NCBI RefSeq assembly: GCF_963921235.1
Contig: NC_086097.1
Span: 206,586,001-206,650,000 of the forward strand
Direction of reading: 5' to 3'
DNA: 64,000 nucleotides
Source of the DNA: Mobula hypostoma
Taxonomy: Eukaryota
Shown in pieces: positions 1-11,546 of this stretch; the stretch's first letter is position 1, and each line of letters opens with the position of its first letter. The notes beneath the pieces are model-generated. The model was not told the origin of the DNA, did no database searches, and saw only the letters and a list, made by a program, of their open reading frames with translations. Both the position numbers and the translations under genes were made by a program.

Positions 1-290
1 GTAGACTCAACCAGCTCCAGCATGGGAACTAGCTTCCTTGGTATTGAGAACACCTTCAAAAGACAGTGCCTCAACAAGGTGGCACCCGTCACTAAGGACC
101 TTTACCATCCAGGATATGCCCCTTCTCAATACTACTAATGGAAAGGATGTACAGGAGCCTGAAGATGCACACTTAATGATTCAGGACAGGTTCTTCCCCT
201 CTGCCATCAGATTTCTGATGCACTCGATAACTAGTATATCGTTATTCTTTATTTTGGCACTATTTATTGATTTTTGTTTATAGTAATTTA
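1..290 (+). mobile_element. 3' end fragment of Rex1/Babar-like LINE
   Basis: Resembles the 3' coding end of other Rex1-like copies in the window (aaggacc..ccatccaggatatgcc, gtacaggagcctgaag, ggacaggttcttcccctctgccatcag). Confidence 0.6.
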
Positions 291-299
291 ACATCTTTG

Positions 300-434
300 C
301 CAAAGACCTTTAATAGCTCCTGGGAGTGGGGCCTCAGGATACAGCTGGAAAGAGTGCATGGGGCTGGCCAGGTTCGAACCCAGGACCATTCGCTTCAAAG
401 TCCGGAGATGATGCTGCTCCACCACCGAACGGCT
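300..434 (-). mobile_element. tRNA-derived SINE head
   Basis: The minus strand reads AGCCGTTCGGTGGTGGAGCAG...GGTCCTGGGTTCGAACCTGGCC, with A-box-like and B-box (GGTTCGAACC) motifs at tRNA spacing. Confidence 0.55.
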
Positions 435-1433
435 CTTGGAAGACATTCCACCTGCATTTGATTTTCTTATGGTCACAGGCTAGCATATCACAAAGTGAAC
501 ATGATCTAGCCCCAAACAAGAGAAAATCTGCCGGTGCTGGAAATCAAAGCAACACATACAAAGTGGTGGAGGAACTAAGCAGACCAGGCAGCATCTATGG
601 AAAAGATTACGTTTGAGATTTTGGGCCAAAACTCTTCAGCAGGACTGGAGAAAAAAAAGCTGAGGAGTAGTTTTAAAAGGTGGGGGGAAGAGAGAGAAAA
701 ACATAGGATGATAGGTGAAATCTCAAGGGGGAGAGATGAAGAATAGAGCTGGGAAGTTGATTGGTGAAAGCGACAGAAGGCCATGGACGAATGAAAAGGG
801 GGGAGGAGCACCAGAGGAAGGTGATGGGTGAGCAAGGAGATAAGGTGAAGCCGGGAAAAGGGGATGGGAAATGGTGAAGGTGGGGTGGGTGGGGGACATT
901 ACCAGAAGTTCGAGAAATCGATGTTCATGCCATCAGGTTGGAGACTACCCATACAGAATATAAGGTGTTGTTCCTCCAGCAGAAGTGCGGCCTCATCATG
1001 ATAGTGGAGGAGGCCATGGATAGACATAACAGAATGGGAATGGGATGTGGGATTAAAATGCGTGGCCACTGGGAGATCCTGCTTTTTCTGGCGCATGGAG
1101 CGTAGGTATTCGGCAAATACTACATTGGGTCTCACCTATATACAAAAGGCTAGACCGGGAACATTGGACTCAGTATATGACCCCAACAGACTCACAGGTG
1201 AAGTATCACCTCACCTGGCAGGAATGTTCAGGGCCTTGAATGTAAGTGAGGGAGGAGGTGTAGGTCCAGCTGTAGCACTTGTTCTGCTTGCAAGGATAGG
1301 TGCCAGGAGGCAGATCAGTGGGGAGGGATGAAAGGACAAGGGAGTCGTGTAGGGAGCGATCCCTGTGGAAAGCAGAAAATGGGAGGAAGGAAAAGATATG
1401 CTTGGTAGTGGGATCCCATTGGAGATGGTGGAG

Positions 1434-2707
1434 GTTTATACTTTATACTTTATGGTCGCCAAACAATTGATACTAGAACGTACAATCATCACAGCGATAT
1501 TTGATTCTGCGCTTCCCGCTTCCTGGATTACAAATATTAAATTTAAAAAATATTAAAAATAGTTAAAATTAGTAAATATTAAAAATTTAAATTATGAGTC
1601 ATAAATAGAAAATAGAAAAATGGAAAGTAAGGTAGTGCAAAAAAACCAAGAGGTAGATCTGGATATTTGGAGGGTACGGCCCAGATCTGGGTCAGGATCC
1701 ATTCAGCATTCTTGTCACAGTTGGAAAGAAACTGTTCCCAAATCTGGCCGTAAGAGTCTTCAAGCTCCTGAGCCTTCTCCCGGAGGAAAGGGGGATGAAA
1801 AGTGTGTTGGCTGGGCGGGACGTGTCCTTGATTATCCTGGCAGCACTGCTCCGATAGCGTGCCGTGTAAAGTGAGTCCAAGGACGGAAGATTGGTTTGTG
1901 TGATGTGCTGCGACGTGTTCACGATCTTCTGCTGCTTCTTTCGGTCTTGGACAGGACAACTTCCATACCAGGTTGTGATGCACCCTAGAAGAATGCTTTC
2001 TATGGTGCATCTATAAAAATTAGTGAGGGTTTTAGGGGACTGGCCAAATTTCTTTAGTTTTCTCAGGTAGTAAAGGCGCTGGTGGGCCTTCTTGGCAGTG
2101 GACTCTGCTTGGTTGGACCAAGTCAGGTCATTTGTGATATTGACCCCAAAGAACTTACAGCTTTTGACCTGTTCCACTTGCGCACCATCGATGTAAATTG
2201 GGTCGTGCGGTCAGCTACTCCTTCTGAAGTCAACAACCAATTCCTTCATCTTGCTGACGCTGAGGGATAGGTTATTGTCTTCGCACCATGCCACCAGGTT
2301 CTTAATTTCCTCTCTGTACTCAAACTCATCATTACGCAAGAAACGGCCTACAATTGTTGTGTCATCAGCAAACTTATATATTGAGTTCAATGGAAACTTG
2401 GCTACACAATCATGGGTGTACAGTGAGTACAGCAGGGGGCTGAGTACACAGCCTTGTGGGGCACCGGTGCTCAGAGTGATTGTAGAGGAGAGCTTGTCCC
2501 CTATTTTTACAGCCTGGGTCCTGTCTGTGAGGAAGTTGAAGATCCAGCTGCAGATCTGAGTGCTAAGGCCCAGGTTCTGGAGCTTAGGAATCAGTTTATT
2601 TGGAATGATGGTATTAAAGGCAGAGCTGTAGTCAATGAAAACGAGCCTTACATATGCGTCTTTATTCTCCAGGCGTTCTAAAGAGGAATGTAGGGCCAGA
2701 GAGATGG
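1434..2707 (-). mobile_element. 5'-truncated Rex1/Babar-like LINE (RT C-terminal half and 3' UTR)
   Basis: Peptides [43 protein letters not shown] and KFFGVNITNDLTWS..KKAHQRLYYLRKL. Confidence 0.88.
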
Positions 2708-3276
2708 TGGAGATAGGGAAGCCCCTTTCTTTGAAAAGGGAGGACATCTGCTTCGTTCTAGAATGAAAAGCCTCATCCTGAGAGCAGATACAGTGGAGGC
2801 CGAGTAATTGAGAGAAGGGGATGGCATTTTTACAAATAACAGGGTGGGAAGAGGTGTAGTCCTGGTAGCTGTGAGAGTCCGTGAGTTTATAATAGACATC
2901 AGTAGATAAGCTGTCTCCAGAGATAGAGACAGTGAGATTGAGAACGGGGAGGAAGATGTTGGAAATGGACCAGGTAAATTTGAGGGCGTGGTGGAAGCTG
3001 GAGGCAAAGTGGATGAAGTTGACGCGTTCAGCATGGGTGCAAGAAGCAGCTCCAATGCAGTCGGCAGTGTAATGTAGGAAAAGTGCAGGATGGTCACCAG
3101 TATAGGCTTGGGACATAGACTGTTCCATGCAGCTGACCAAAAGGCATAGCTGGGACTCACGTGAGTGCTCATGGCTGCAAATTTTGTTTGAAGGAAGTGG
3201 GAGGAGCCATGGAGAAATTATTTAGAGTGAAGACAAAATCTGCTAGGTGGAGGAGAGTGATGGTGGCAGGAAACTG

Positions 3277-3451
3277 AAGCAACACACATCAAAGTTGCTG
3301 GTGAACGCAGCAGGTGCAGTCCTGACGAAGGGTCTTGGCCTGAAACGTCGACTGCGCCTCTTCCTATAGATGCTGCCTGGCCTGCTGCGTTCACCAGCAA
3401 CTTTGATGTGTGTTGCTTGAATTTCCAGCATCTGCAGAATTCCTGTTGTTT
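3277..3451 (+). mobile_element. 175-bp Penelope pLTR fold-back insertion with 14-bp TSD
   Basis: TSD GTGGCAGGAAACTG at 3263-3276 and 3452-3465. Perfect 38-bp inverted repeat at 3277-3314 / 3381-3418. Confidence 0.88.
3312..3359 (+). ncRNA. Minimal type-I hammerhead ribozyme
   Basis: Stem I AGGTGCAGTC/GACTGCGCCT; core CTGACGA (3322-3328); stem II; GAAAC-GTC (3342-3349) with a palindromic ACGT stem III. Predicted cleavage after C3349. Confidence 0.8.
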
Positions 3452-4149
3452 GTGGCAGGAAACTGGTTCGGTTTGATGTCCAGAAAGAAATAAAGAGCTA
3501 TGAGGCCTTCCTGGTGGGGATGGAGCTGTATAGGGCTGGACATGCATGGTAAAAATAAAACGATGGGCCCAGGGAATCTGAAATCATTGATAAGATCCAA
3601 AGCATGTGAAGTGTCACAGATGTAGGTAAGAAGGGACTGAACCAGAGGGATAAAACAAAGTTGAGGTATGCAGATATGAGTTCGGTGGGGCAGGAAAAGC
3701 TGAAACAATGGGTCTACCTGGACAAGTGGGTTCGTGGATCTTGGGTAGGAGGTATAAATGGGCGATGTGGGATGTGGGGACTATGAGGTTGGTGGCAGTG
3801 GATGGGAGATCCCCAGAGATCAATAAGGTTGTTGATGGTGTGGGAGACAATGGCCTGGTGTTTCTTAATGGGGTCCTGTTCAAGAGGGGTAAGTAAGAGA
3901 GGTGTCTGAGAGTTTGCACTGGGCCTCAGCAAGGTAGATGTTGATCTAGCCCATTGGTTTCTTGCTCTCTGGCACATAGATTTCAAAGTCTCCACCTTAA
4001 ATTTTAAACTCCTCAAGACTTCACTTCATTCAGATCTTAAAAAATCTTTTCAACTCATGAATCAGCTAATAGCTGTTGCTATTCTAGTGCTAGTTTACTC
4101 TGTGTGAACCACAGAAAGGCTTCAACAGGATGTCACACACATGCTCTCC

Positions 4150-4920
4150 AAGGTAGGTTTTGTGGAGGGAACCAGAAATTGACTTCAACTGCTCTACACT
4201 AATACCGTAGTGCAGATCAAATTGGTGGAAGAATGACAGTTCCCCCATCAAATTTGGATTAGGCAGGGCTGTCCACTCTCATCTCATGTATGTGTTGTAT
4301 TGAACCCTTTGTTAAATCCACCAAGGAGGATGAGAGTATAAGAGAGGTGATATTGCCAGGCAGTTGAAGCATCTAGGCAATATCACCATCTTTTGCTTTT
4401 TTCCACAAAGAGTTCACAAATTGAGCAGCATCCACAAACAGTTTGAGTTGGCATCAGGGTCAATCATAGCGAACCCGAGATCCAGCTGACAGAATGCCTC
4501 ATCACCAGAACTCACCAACAAGCACCAAGAGCTCACTTGGATGGTAGAGACAGTTAGACCCTTTCTGTACAAATAAAATATCATTCTCAGTGAACTTAAC
4601 CTTTGGAATAGTTGTGGTGGGAATGTGACAGTTACCCAACTCCTTGCAACTGTATTTGCCCAAAGGGCATGAAGAAGGATGCAAGAGTCCTTGTCTTGGT
4701 TCATCCTAAGCAGTTGTATAACAGAGAGCTCTTTGATCTGTAGACAATTCCAGAAGCACACACCGAGACAGATATCAAATGTTGCTGGAAGGTCGTCATC
4801 TCAGTGAAAGATGCCCTTTAGTCTGGTCAAAACTGTTGATTTTCTGGTATGGTGAGATGCCTGTAAGGGAATGTCACTAATGGGCACATCCAGGTTGTAG
4901 TTTACATGCTGAGGGATGTA
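4150..4920 (+). mobile_element. Highly decayed L1/Tx1-like LINE RT fragment
   Basis: attaggcagggctgtccactctc encodes IRQGCPLS, followed by frameshifted IEPF...ESIR.V.LPG-like sequence. Confidence 0.5.
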
Positions 4921-4930
4921 ATGAAACCTG

Positions 4931-5015
4931 AACCCTCGAAGGGTTCCAGCCCGAAACGTTGACTGATCGTTTCCACGGATGCTGCCCGACCTGCTGAGTC
5001 CCTCCAGCGCGTTGT
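4931..5015 (+). mobile_element. Penelope pLTR fragment with partial hammerhead motif
   Basis: cgaa-gggttccagccc-gaaacgtt-gactg...gatgctgcccgacctgctgagtccctccagc, homologous to 3325-3400. Confidence 0.7.
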
Positions 5016-7410
5016 AAGAGAATTTGTAGAATGTCTAAGTGATGGCTTTTCAGAACAGCTTGTTGTTGAGCCCACTAGGGATCGGCTGTACTGGATTGGG
5101 TGTTGTGCAATGATCCGCAGGTGATAAGAAAGCTTCAGGTTAAGGAATCCTTAGGGAACAGTGATCACAATATGATCGAGTTCACTTTGAAATTTAAGAA
5201 GGAGAAACTAAATTCCAATGTGTTGGTATTTCAGTGGAATAAAGGAAATTACAATGGCATGAGAGGGGAAATGGCCAAGGTTGACTGGAAAGGGACACTA
5301 GCAGGAAGGACAGCAGAGCAGCAATGGCTGGAGTTCCTGTGAAAAATAAGGAAAGTGCAAGACAGATATATTCCAAATAAGAAGAAATTTTTGAATTGAA
5401 GGACACTATCGTGGTTAACAAGTGAAGTCAGAGCCAAAGTAAAAGCAAAAGAGAAGTCATACAAGGAAGCCAAAGCTAGTGGGAAAGTAGAGGATTGGGA
5501 AGCTTTTAAAAGATTGCAGAAAGAAATAAAAATGTCATTAGGAAGGAAAAGGTGAATTATGAAAGGAAGCTGGTGACTAATATCAAATAAGATACTAAAA
5601 GCTTTTTTAAGTATATAAAGGTTAAAAGAGAGTTGAGGATAGATATAGGACCAATAGAAAATAATGCTGGAGATATTGTAATGAGAGATGCAGAGATGGC
5701 AGAGGAACTGAATGCGTATTTTGCATCAGTCTTCACAGTGGAAGACATCTACAGTACACCGGACATTCAAGAGTGTCAGGGAAGTGAAGTATGTGCAGTG
5801 AAAATTACGACTGAGAAGGTACTTAGTAGTCTGAGGGTGGATAAATCTCCTGGACCTGATGGAATGCACACTTGGGTTCTGAAGGAAGTAGCTGGAGAGA
5901 TTGCAGATGCATTAACAATGACCTTTCAAGAATCGATAGATTCTGCAATTGTACAAGATGACTGGAAAATTGCAAATGTTACTCCGTTATTTAAGAAGGA
6001 TGTGAGGCAGCAGAAAGTAAACTATAGACTTGTTAGCCTGACATCAGTGGTTGGGAAGTTGTTGGAATCGATTGTTAGGGATGAGATTACGGAGTACCTG
6101 GAGGCACGTGACAGGATAAGCCAAAGCCAGTATGGTTTCCTGAAATGAAGATCCTGCCTGACAAACATACTGCAATTCTTTGAGGAAATTACAAGAAGGG
6201 TAGACAAAGGAGATGCAGTAAATGTGGTGTACTTGGATTTTCAGAAGGCTTTTGGCAAGGTGCCACACATGAGGCTGCTTAGCAAGATGAGAGCCCATAG
6301 AGCCCATAGAACAGTGAAGTTACTAGCATAACTGATCGGCACAAAACAGAGAGTGGGAATAAATAAATATTCTGGCTGGCTGCCGGTTACCTGTGGAGTT
6401 CCACAGGGGTCGGTGTTGGGAACATTGCTTTTTACGATGTATGTCAATGATTTGGACTATGGGATTAATAGATTTGTGGCTAAATTTGCCAATGATACAA
6501 AGTTCGGTGGAGGAGCGGGTAGTGCTGAGGAAACAAAGCCTGCAGAGGACTCAGATAGTTTAGAGGAATGGGCAAAGAAGTGGCAAATGAAATACAGTGT
6601 TGGAAAATATATGGTCATGCACTTTGAAGGAAGAAATAAATGGGCAGACTGTTATTTAGATTGGGAGAGAATTCAAAATGCAGAGATGCAAAGGGACCTG
6701 GTAGTCCTTGTGCAGGATACCCTAAAGGTTAACCTCCAGGTTGAGTCAGTGGTGAAGAAGGCAAATGCAATATTGGCATTCAATTATAGAGGTATAGAAT
6801 ATAAAAGCAGGGATGTGATGTTGAGGCTCTATAAAGCACTCATGAGACCACACTTGGAGTATTGTGTGCAGTTTTAGGTTCCTTATTTTAGGAAGGATAT
6901 ACTGACATTGGAGAGGGTTCACAGAAGGTTCACGAGAATGATTCCAGGAATGAAAGGGTTACCATAAGAGGAACGTCTGGCAGTTCTTGGGCTGTATTCC
7001 CTGGACTTCAGGAGAATGAGGGGGGATCACATAGAAACATTCCGAATGTTAAAAGGCCTGAACAGATTAGATATGGCAAAGTTACTTCCCATGGTAGGGG
7101 AGTGTAGGACAAGAGGGCACGATTCAAGATTGAAGGACATCCATTTAAAACAGAAATGAGGAGAAATTACTGTAGTCAGAGGGTGGTAAATCTGTGGAAT
7201 TTGTTGCCACGAGTGGCTGTGGAGGCCAAGTCATTGGATGCATTTAAGGCAGAGATCGATAGGTTCTTGATTAGCCAGGGCATCAAAGGGTATGGGGAGA
7301 AGGCAGGGAAGTGGGGATGATAGAAGAATTGGATCAGCCCATGATTGAATGGCAGAGCAGACTCGATGGGCCGAATGGCCTACTTCTGCTTCTATATCTT
7401 CTGGTCTTAT
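5016..7410 (+). mobile_element. 5'-truncated, decayed CR1 LINE ORF2 and 3' UTR
   Basis: Peptides LGNSDHNMIEF, KSPGPDGMH, NYRLVSLTSVVGKLLE, GVPQGSVLG and RPHLEYCVQF. CR1 3' hairpin gggccgaatggcc. Confidence 0.92.
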
Positions 7411-7518
7411 CTGCAGACGCTGGAACTCCAAGCAACACACAGAAAATGCTGGAGGAACTCAGCAGGCCAGACTGTACTTTTTTCCATAGATGCTGAGTTC
7501 CTCCAGCATTTGGTGTGT
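7411..7518. mobile_element. Short fold-back Penelope pLTR fragment
   Basis: Inverted arms aaatgctggaggaactcagca / tgctgagttcctccagcattt, homologous to the other pLTR copies. Confidence 0.7.
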
Positions 7519-7592
7519 ATAACTGCTTCATATGTTTATATTTTTATAGGCTTAAAGTTTATTTTTGAAATATAAACCAAAAGTTAAATAAT

Positions 7593-10197
7593 GCAGATTC
7601 TGGTTAATTGGGATACATCGGGACCAGGACTTCCTGGCCCAATTAAGTGACTGTCCCAATTAGCATAAGTTTCATTGAAATCCTTAAAAAAGTTCAAATA
7701 GACAAACTACCACTTAAATGAGAATCAAAATCAGAATCAGTTTTAATATCACTGGCATATGTTGTGAAATTCATTGCCTTTGTGGCAGCAGTACATTGCA
7801 ATACATAATAATGGAGTAAAAACTGAATTATAGTAAGTATATATAGTAAAATAGTCAAATTAAATAAGTAGTGCAAAAACAAAAATAAAAACGTAGTGAG
7901 GTAGTGTTCATGGATTCAACATCCATTCAGAAATTGGATGGCAGAGGGGAAGAAGCTGTTCCTGAATCATTGAGTGTGTGCCTTCTACTTCTGCACCTCC
8001 TTCAATGAGCACAAGGCATGTCCTGGGTGGTGGGTGATTGCCACCTTTTCGAGGTATCGTTCCTTGATGATGTCCTGGATACTTCTAAGGCTAGTGCCCA
8101 CAATGGAGCTAAGTTTACAACTCTCTATAGCTTATTTCAACCCAGTGCATTAGCCCCCCACCCCCCCATACCAGATGGTGATGCAGCCAGTTAGAATGCT
8201 CGCCATGGTACATCTGCAGAAATTTGTGAGCGTCTTTGGTGACATACCAATTCTCTTCAAACTCTCAATGAGATATAGCTGCAGTTAATATTTTGGACCC
8301 AGGGTAGATCCGCGGAGATATTGACGCCCAGCAAATTGAAATTGCTCACTCTTTCCACATCTGATCCTTCCATGAGGACTGGTGTGTTTTCCCTCATCTT
8401 ATCCTTTCTGAAGTCCGCAATCAGCTCTTTGGTCTTACTGATGTTGAGTGCATGGTTGCTGGTGCAACTCCACTCAACTAGCTGGCATATCTTCCTCCTG
8501 CACGCCTTCACATTGCCATCTGAAATTCTGCTAACAATAGTTGTATTGTCAGCAAATTTATAGTTAGCCTTTAAGCTTTGCCTAGCCACACCGTCATGGG
8601 TGTAGAGAGAGTAGAACAGTGGGCTAAGCTCACATCCCTGAGGTGCACCCGTGTAGATTGTCAGTGAGGTGGAGATGTTGTTTTCGATCTGCACAGATTG
8701 TGGTCATCTGGTTAGGAAGTCGAGGATCCAGTTGTCGAGGAGGTACAGAGGCCCAGGTTCTGGAGCTTTCCGATCAGAACTGTAGGAATGATTGTGTTAA
8801 ACACTGAGCTGTAATCAATAAACAGCATCCTGGCTTAGGCATTTGTATTGTCCAGGTGATCCAAGGTCGTGTGAAGAGCCAATGAGATCGCATCCACCGT
8901 AGATCTATTATGGTGATAAGCAAATTGCAGTGAGTCCAGGTCCCTGCTGAGGCAGGAGTTAATTCTAGCCATATCCTCTCAAAGCATTTCATCACTGTAG
9001 ATGTCAGCGCTGCTGGACGATAGTCATTAAGGCAGTTCAGCCTGCTCTTCTTGGGCACTGGTATTGTTGCCTGTTTTAAGCAGGTGGGAACTCTCGACTG
9101 TAGCGATGAGAGACTGAAAATGTCTTTGAATACCCCTGCCAGTTGGTTGGCAGAGGTTTTCAGTAACCAATCAGGTATTCTATCGGGGCCTGTCGCCTTG
9201 CAAGAGTTCACCCTCTTGAATGACAACCTGATGTCGGCCTCCGAGACAGAGATCACAGGGTCACTGGGTGCGGCAGGGATCCTCATTGCTGTAGTTTTAT
9301 TCTCCCTTTCAAAGTGTGCCTAAGAGGTATTGAGCTCATCTGGGAGAGAAGCTTCACTGCCATTCATGATGTTAGGTTTTGCTTTGTAGGAAGTAATGGC
9401 CTGCAAATCCTGTCAGAGTTGAGGTGCATCTTATTCTGCCTCCAGAATTGTTTCTTTGCTCTTGAGGTAGTCTCCTGCAAGTTGTAGCTGGTTTTCTTGT
9501 ACAGACCTGGGATGCCAGACTTGAATGCTAAAGATCTAGCCTTCAGCAGACTATGAGCCTCTTAGATCATCCATGGCTTTTGATTTGGGTATGTACAGTA
9601 AATTCTCATCGGTACACACTCATCCACACAGCTTTTAATGGAGTGAGTAACAGCTGTGGCATGCTCATTCAGGCTCGAAGATGAATCCCTGAATACAGTC
9701 CATTCCACCAATTCAAAGCAGTCCTGTAAGTGCTCCTGTGCCTCTCTAGGCCATACCTCCTTGGTCCTCACTCCCAAAGGGTCAAGTAAACGTATTATCA
9801 AAGTGTGTACATGTCACCATATACTACCCTGAGAGATTATCAAACCATGTATTTAAACGAAATACAGAACAAATTAGAACACTATTACTACTACTACAAT
9901 ACGATAAATCTTCTACTATAGTACGAAAATACTATACATTAGTCCCTAATCAAAGGAGGAATTCATCCAGTGTATACTGCTGCATTCTTTTTGATTGACT
10001 GTAAATGAACAAAATCAGCACAGACACCTAGTGCAGATAATGAACCACCTTTATACAATGCTTTTGACAATTGTAACCTCCAAATCTTCACTTTCATTCC
10101 AACATTCAGGATTTAACCTTCGAATTCTTTGTAATTTCTAACTAGCTGAAGTAGTGAAGTCCTTTCATTTTCACTCCCAGCCATTTCTGGCATCTGG
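7593..10197 (-). mobile_element. Possible pogo/Tigger-like DNA transposon relic (7593-7720 and ~9840-10197) split by a Rex1-like LINE
   Basis: TIR-like cagattctggttaattggga with internal ccaattaag/ccaattag repeats. Decayed acidic peptide MPEMAGSENE..VRNYKEFEG on the minus strand. Family assigned from recalled resemblance only. Confidence 0.35.
7720..9780 (-). mobile_element. Rex1/Babar-like LINE, 5'-truncated
   Basis: Peptides KATGPDRIP, CLNDYRPAALTSTVMKCFER, GAPQGCELSPLFYSLYTHD and KFADNTTIV. (GAATCA)n tail at 7720-7740. Confidence 0.88.
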
Positions 10198-10199
10198 GA

Positions 10200-11125
10200 G
10201 CAGTGGAAAAAGGACAAGCTGGATAGTGATAGGTGAACACAAGAGACTCTACAGATGCTAGAAGTCCAGAGCAGCACGCATAAAAAGCTGGAGGATCTCA
10301 GCAGGTCCTGCAGCATCTATAAACTGAATAGACTGTTGACGTTTCAGGATGAGATCCTTCTTCAGAACTGGAAAGGAAGGAGGAAGATGCCAGAATAAAA
10401 GTTGGGAGGAGGGTAAGGGGAACAAGCTAAGAGTTGATAAAGGTGAGTGGGAAAGGTAGATAACTGGAGAAGAAGAAATCTATAAAAGAGGAAAGTGGAC
10501 CGTGGGGAAAAGGGAAGAAGGAGGGGCACAAACTGGAGGTAATAAGTAGGTGAGAATTAGAGGTAAGAGGCAAGAGTAGGGAATCGAAGAAGAGGGAAAG
10601 TGGGAAAAAGATACTGGAAGGAGAAATCAATATCCGTGGCATCAGGTTGGAGGCGACCCAAACAAAATAAGAGGTGTTGCTCCTCCACCCTGAGAGTAGC
10701 CCCATTGTGGCCACAGAGGAGGCCACAGACCGACATTACAGAATAGAAATTAAAATGATTGGCCATCAGAAAATTCTGCCTTTGCAGATGGAGTGGAGGT
10801 GCTTGACAAAGTGGTCCCCTAATTTACACCAGGTCGCACCAATATACAAGAGGCTGCATTGGGAGTACCGGATACAATGACCTCAACAGATTCACAGGTG
10901 AAGTGTTGCCTCATCTGTTTGAGGCCCTGAATGAAGGTGAGGGAGGAGGTGAATGGGCAGGTGTAGCATTTCTGTTGCTTGCAGGGGTAAGTACCAGGTG
11001 GGTGATTAGTCGGGAGTGAGAAATAGTGAAGGGAATCACTGAGGGAACAATCTCTGTGGAAAGTAGAGAGTGGGGTTTAGGTAAAGATGTGTTTGCTGAT
11101 AGGATCCTGTTGAAGACGGCAGTTT
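10200..11125 (-). mobile_element. Penelope-like element 3' part (GIY-YIG C-terminus and pLTR)
   Basis: EEQHLLFCLGRLQPDATDIDFS peptide. pLTR at about 10236-10400, homologous to 515-660. Confidence 0.85.
10333..10370 (-). ncRNA. Minimal type-I hammerhead ribozyme
   Basis: The minus strand reads CAGTT-CTGAAGA-AGGAT-CTC-ATCCT-GAAAC-GTC-AACAG: intact core, perfect 5-bp stem II and a GUC cleavage triplet. Confidence 0.75.
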
Positions 11126-11397
11126 GACTGAGTATGAGAACTTCTATGTCTTTACTCTTTACTTTGTACTGAGCACTCTGTAAACGACTCATAATAAAAT
11201 ACAGGAACTCTGGTGAGAGTATTGCCATCATTAACTAATCACAGACAGGCTGTATAGCAAACACAATTATTCAGGCTAGAAATAACCTTTGGGTTTAATA
11301 TCTTCTGCCTATGCAAGTGGAGATCTAATGGGAATATTATAAATTTTTGAACACAAATATTTTGGTAAAAATAGCTTAAGAAATGGTACATCAAATA

Positions 11398-11546
11398 CCT
11401 GGAATAACATGCACAAAATGCTGGAGAAGCTCGACAGGGCAAGCAGCATCTATGGAGAGGAATGATGAGCTGATATTTCAGGCTGAGACCCTTCAACTGG
11501 GCTGTAAAGGAAGGGGGAAGAATCCAGAATAAGAATGTGGGGGAAG
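11398..11546 (-). mobile_element. Decayed Penelope pLTR fragment
   Basis: acaaaatgctggag...gcagcatctatggagagg...tttcaggctgagacccttca; hammerhead core degenerate. Confidence 0.7.

Larger units (their letters stand above)
515..3950 (-). mobile_element. Penelope-like element (decayed RT, GIY-YIG C-terminus and pLTR), interrupted by a Rex1-like LINE and a pLTR mini-insertion
   Basis: ORF fragments [47 protein letters not shown] and HFN..SHS..EEQHLIFCMGSLQPDGMNIDFS are typical of Penelope proteins. A pLTR-like segment lies at 515-660. Confidence 0.85.
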
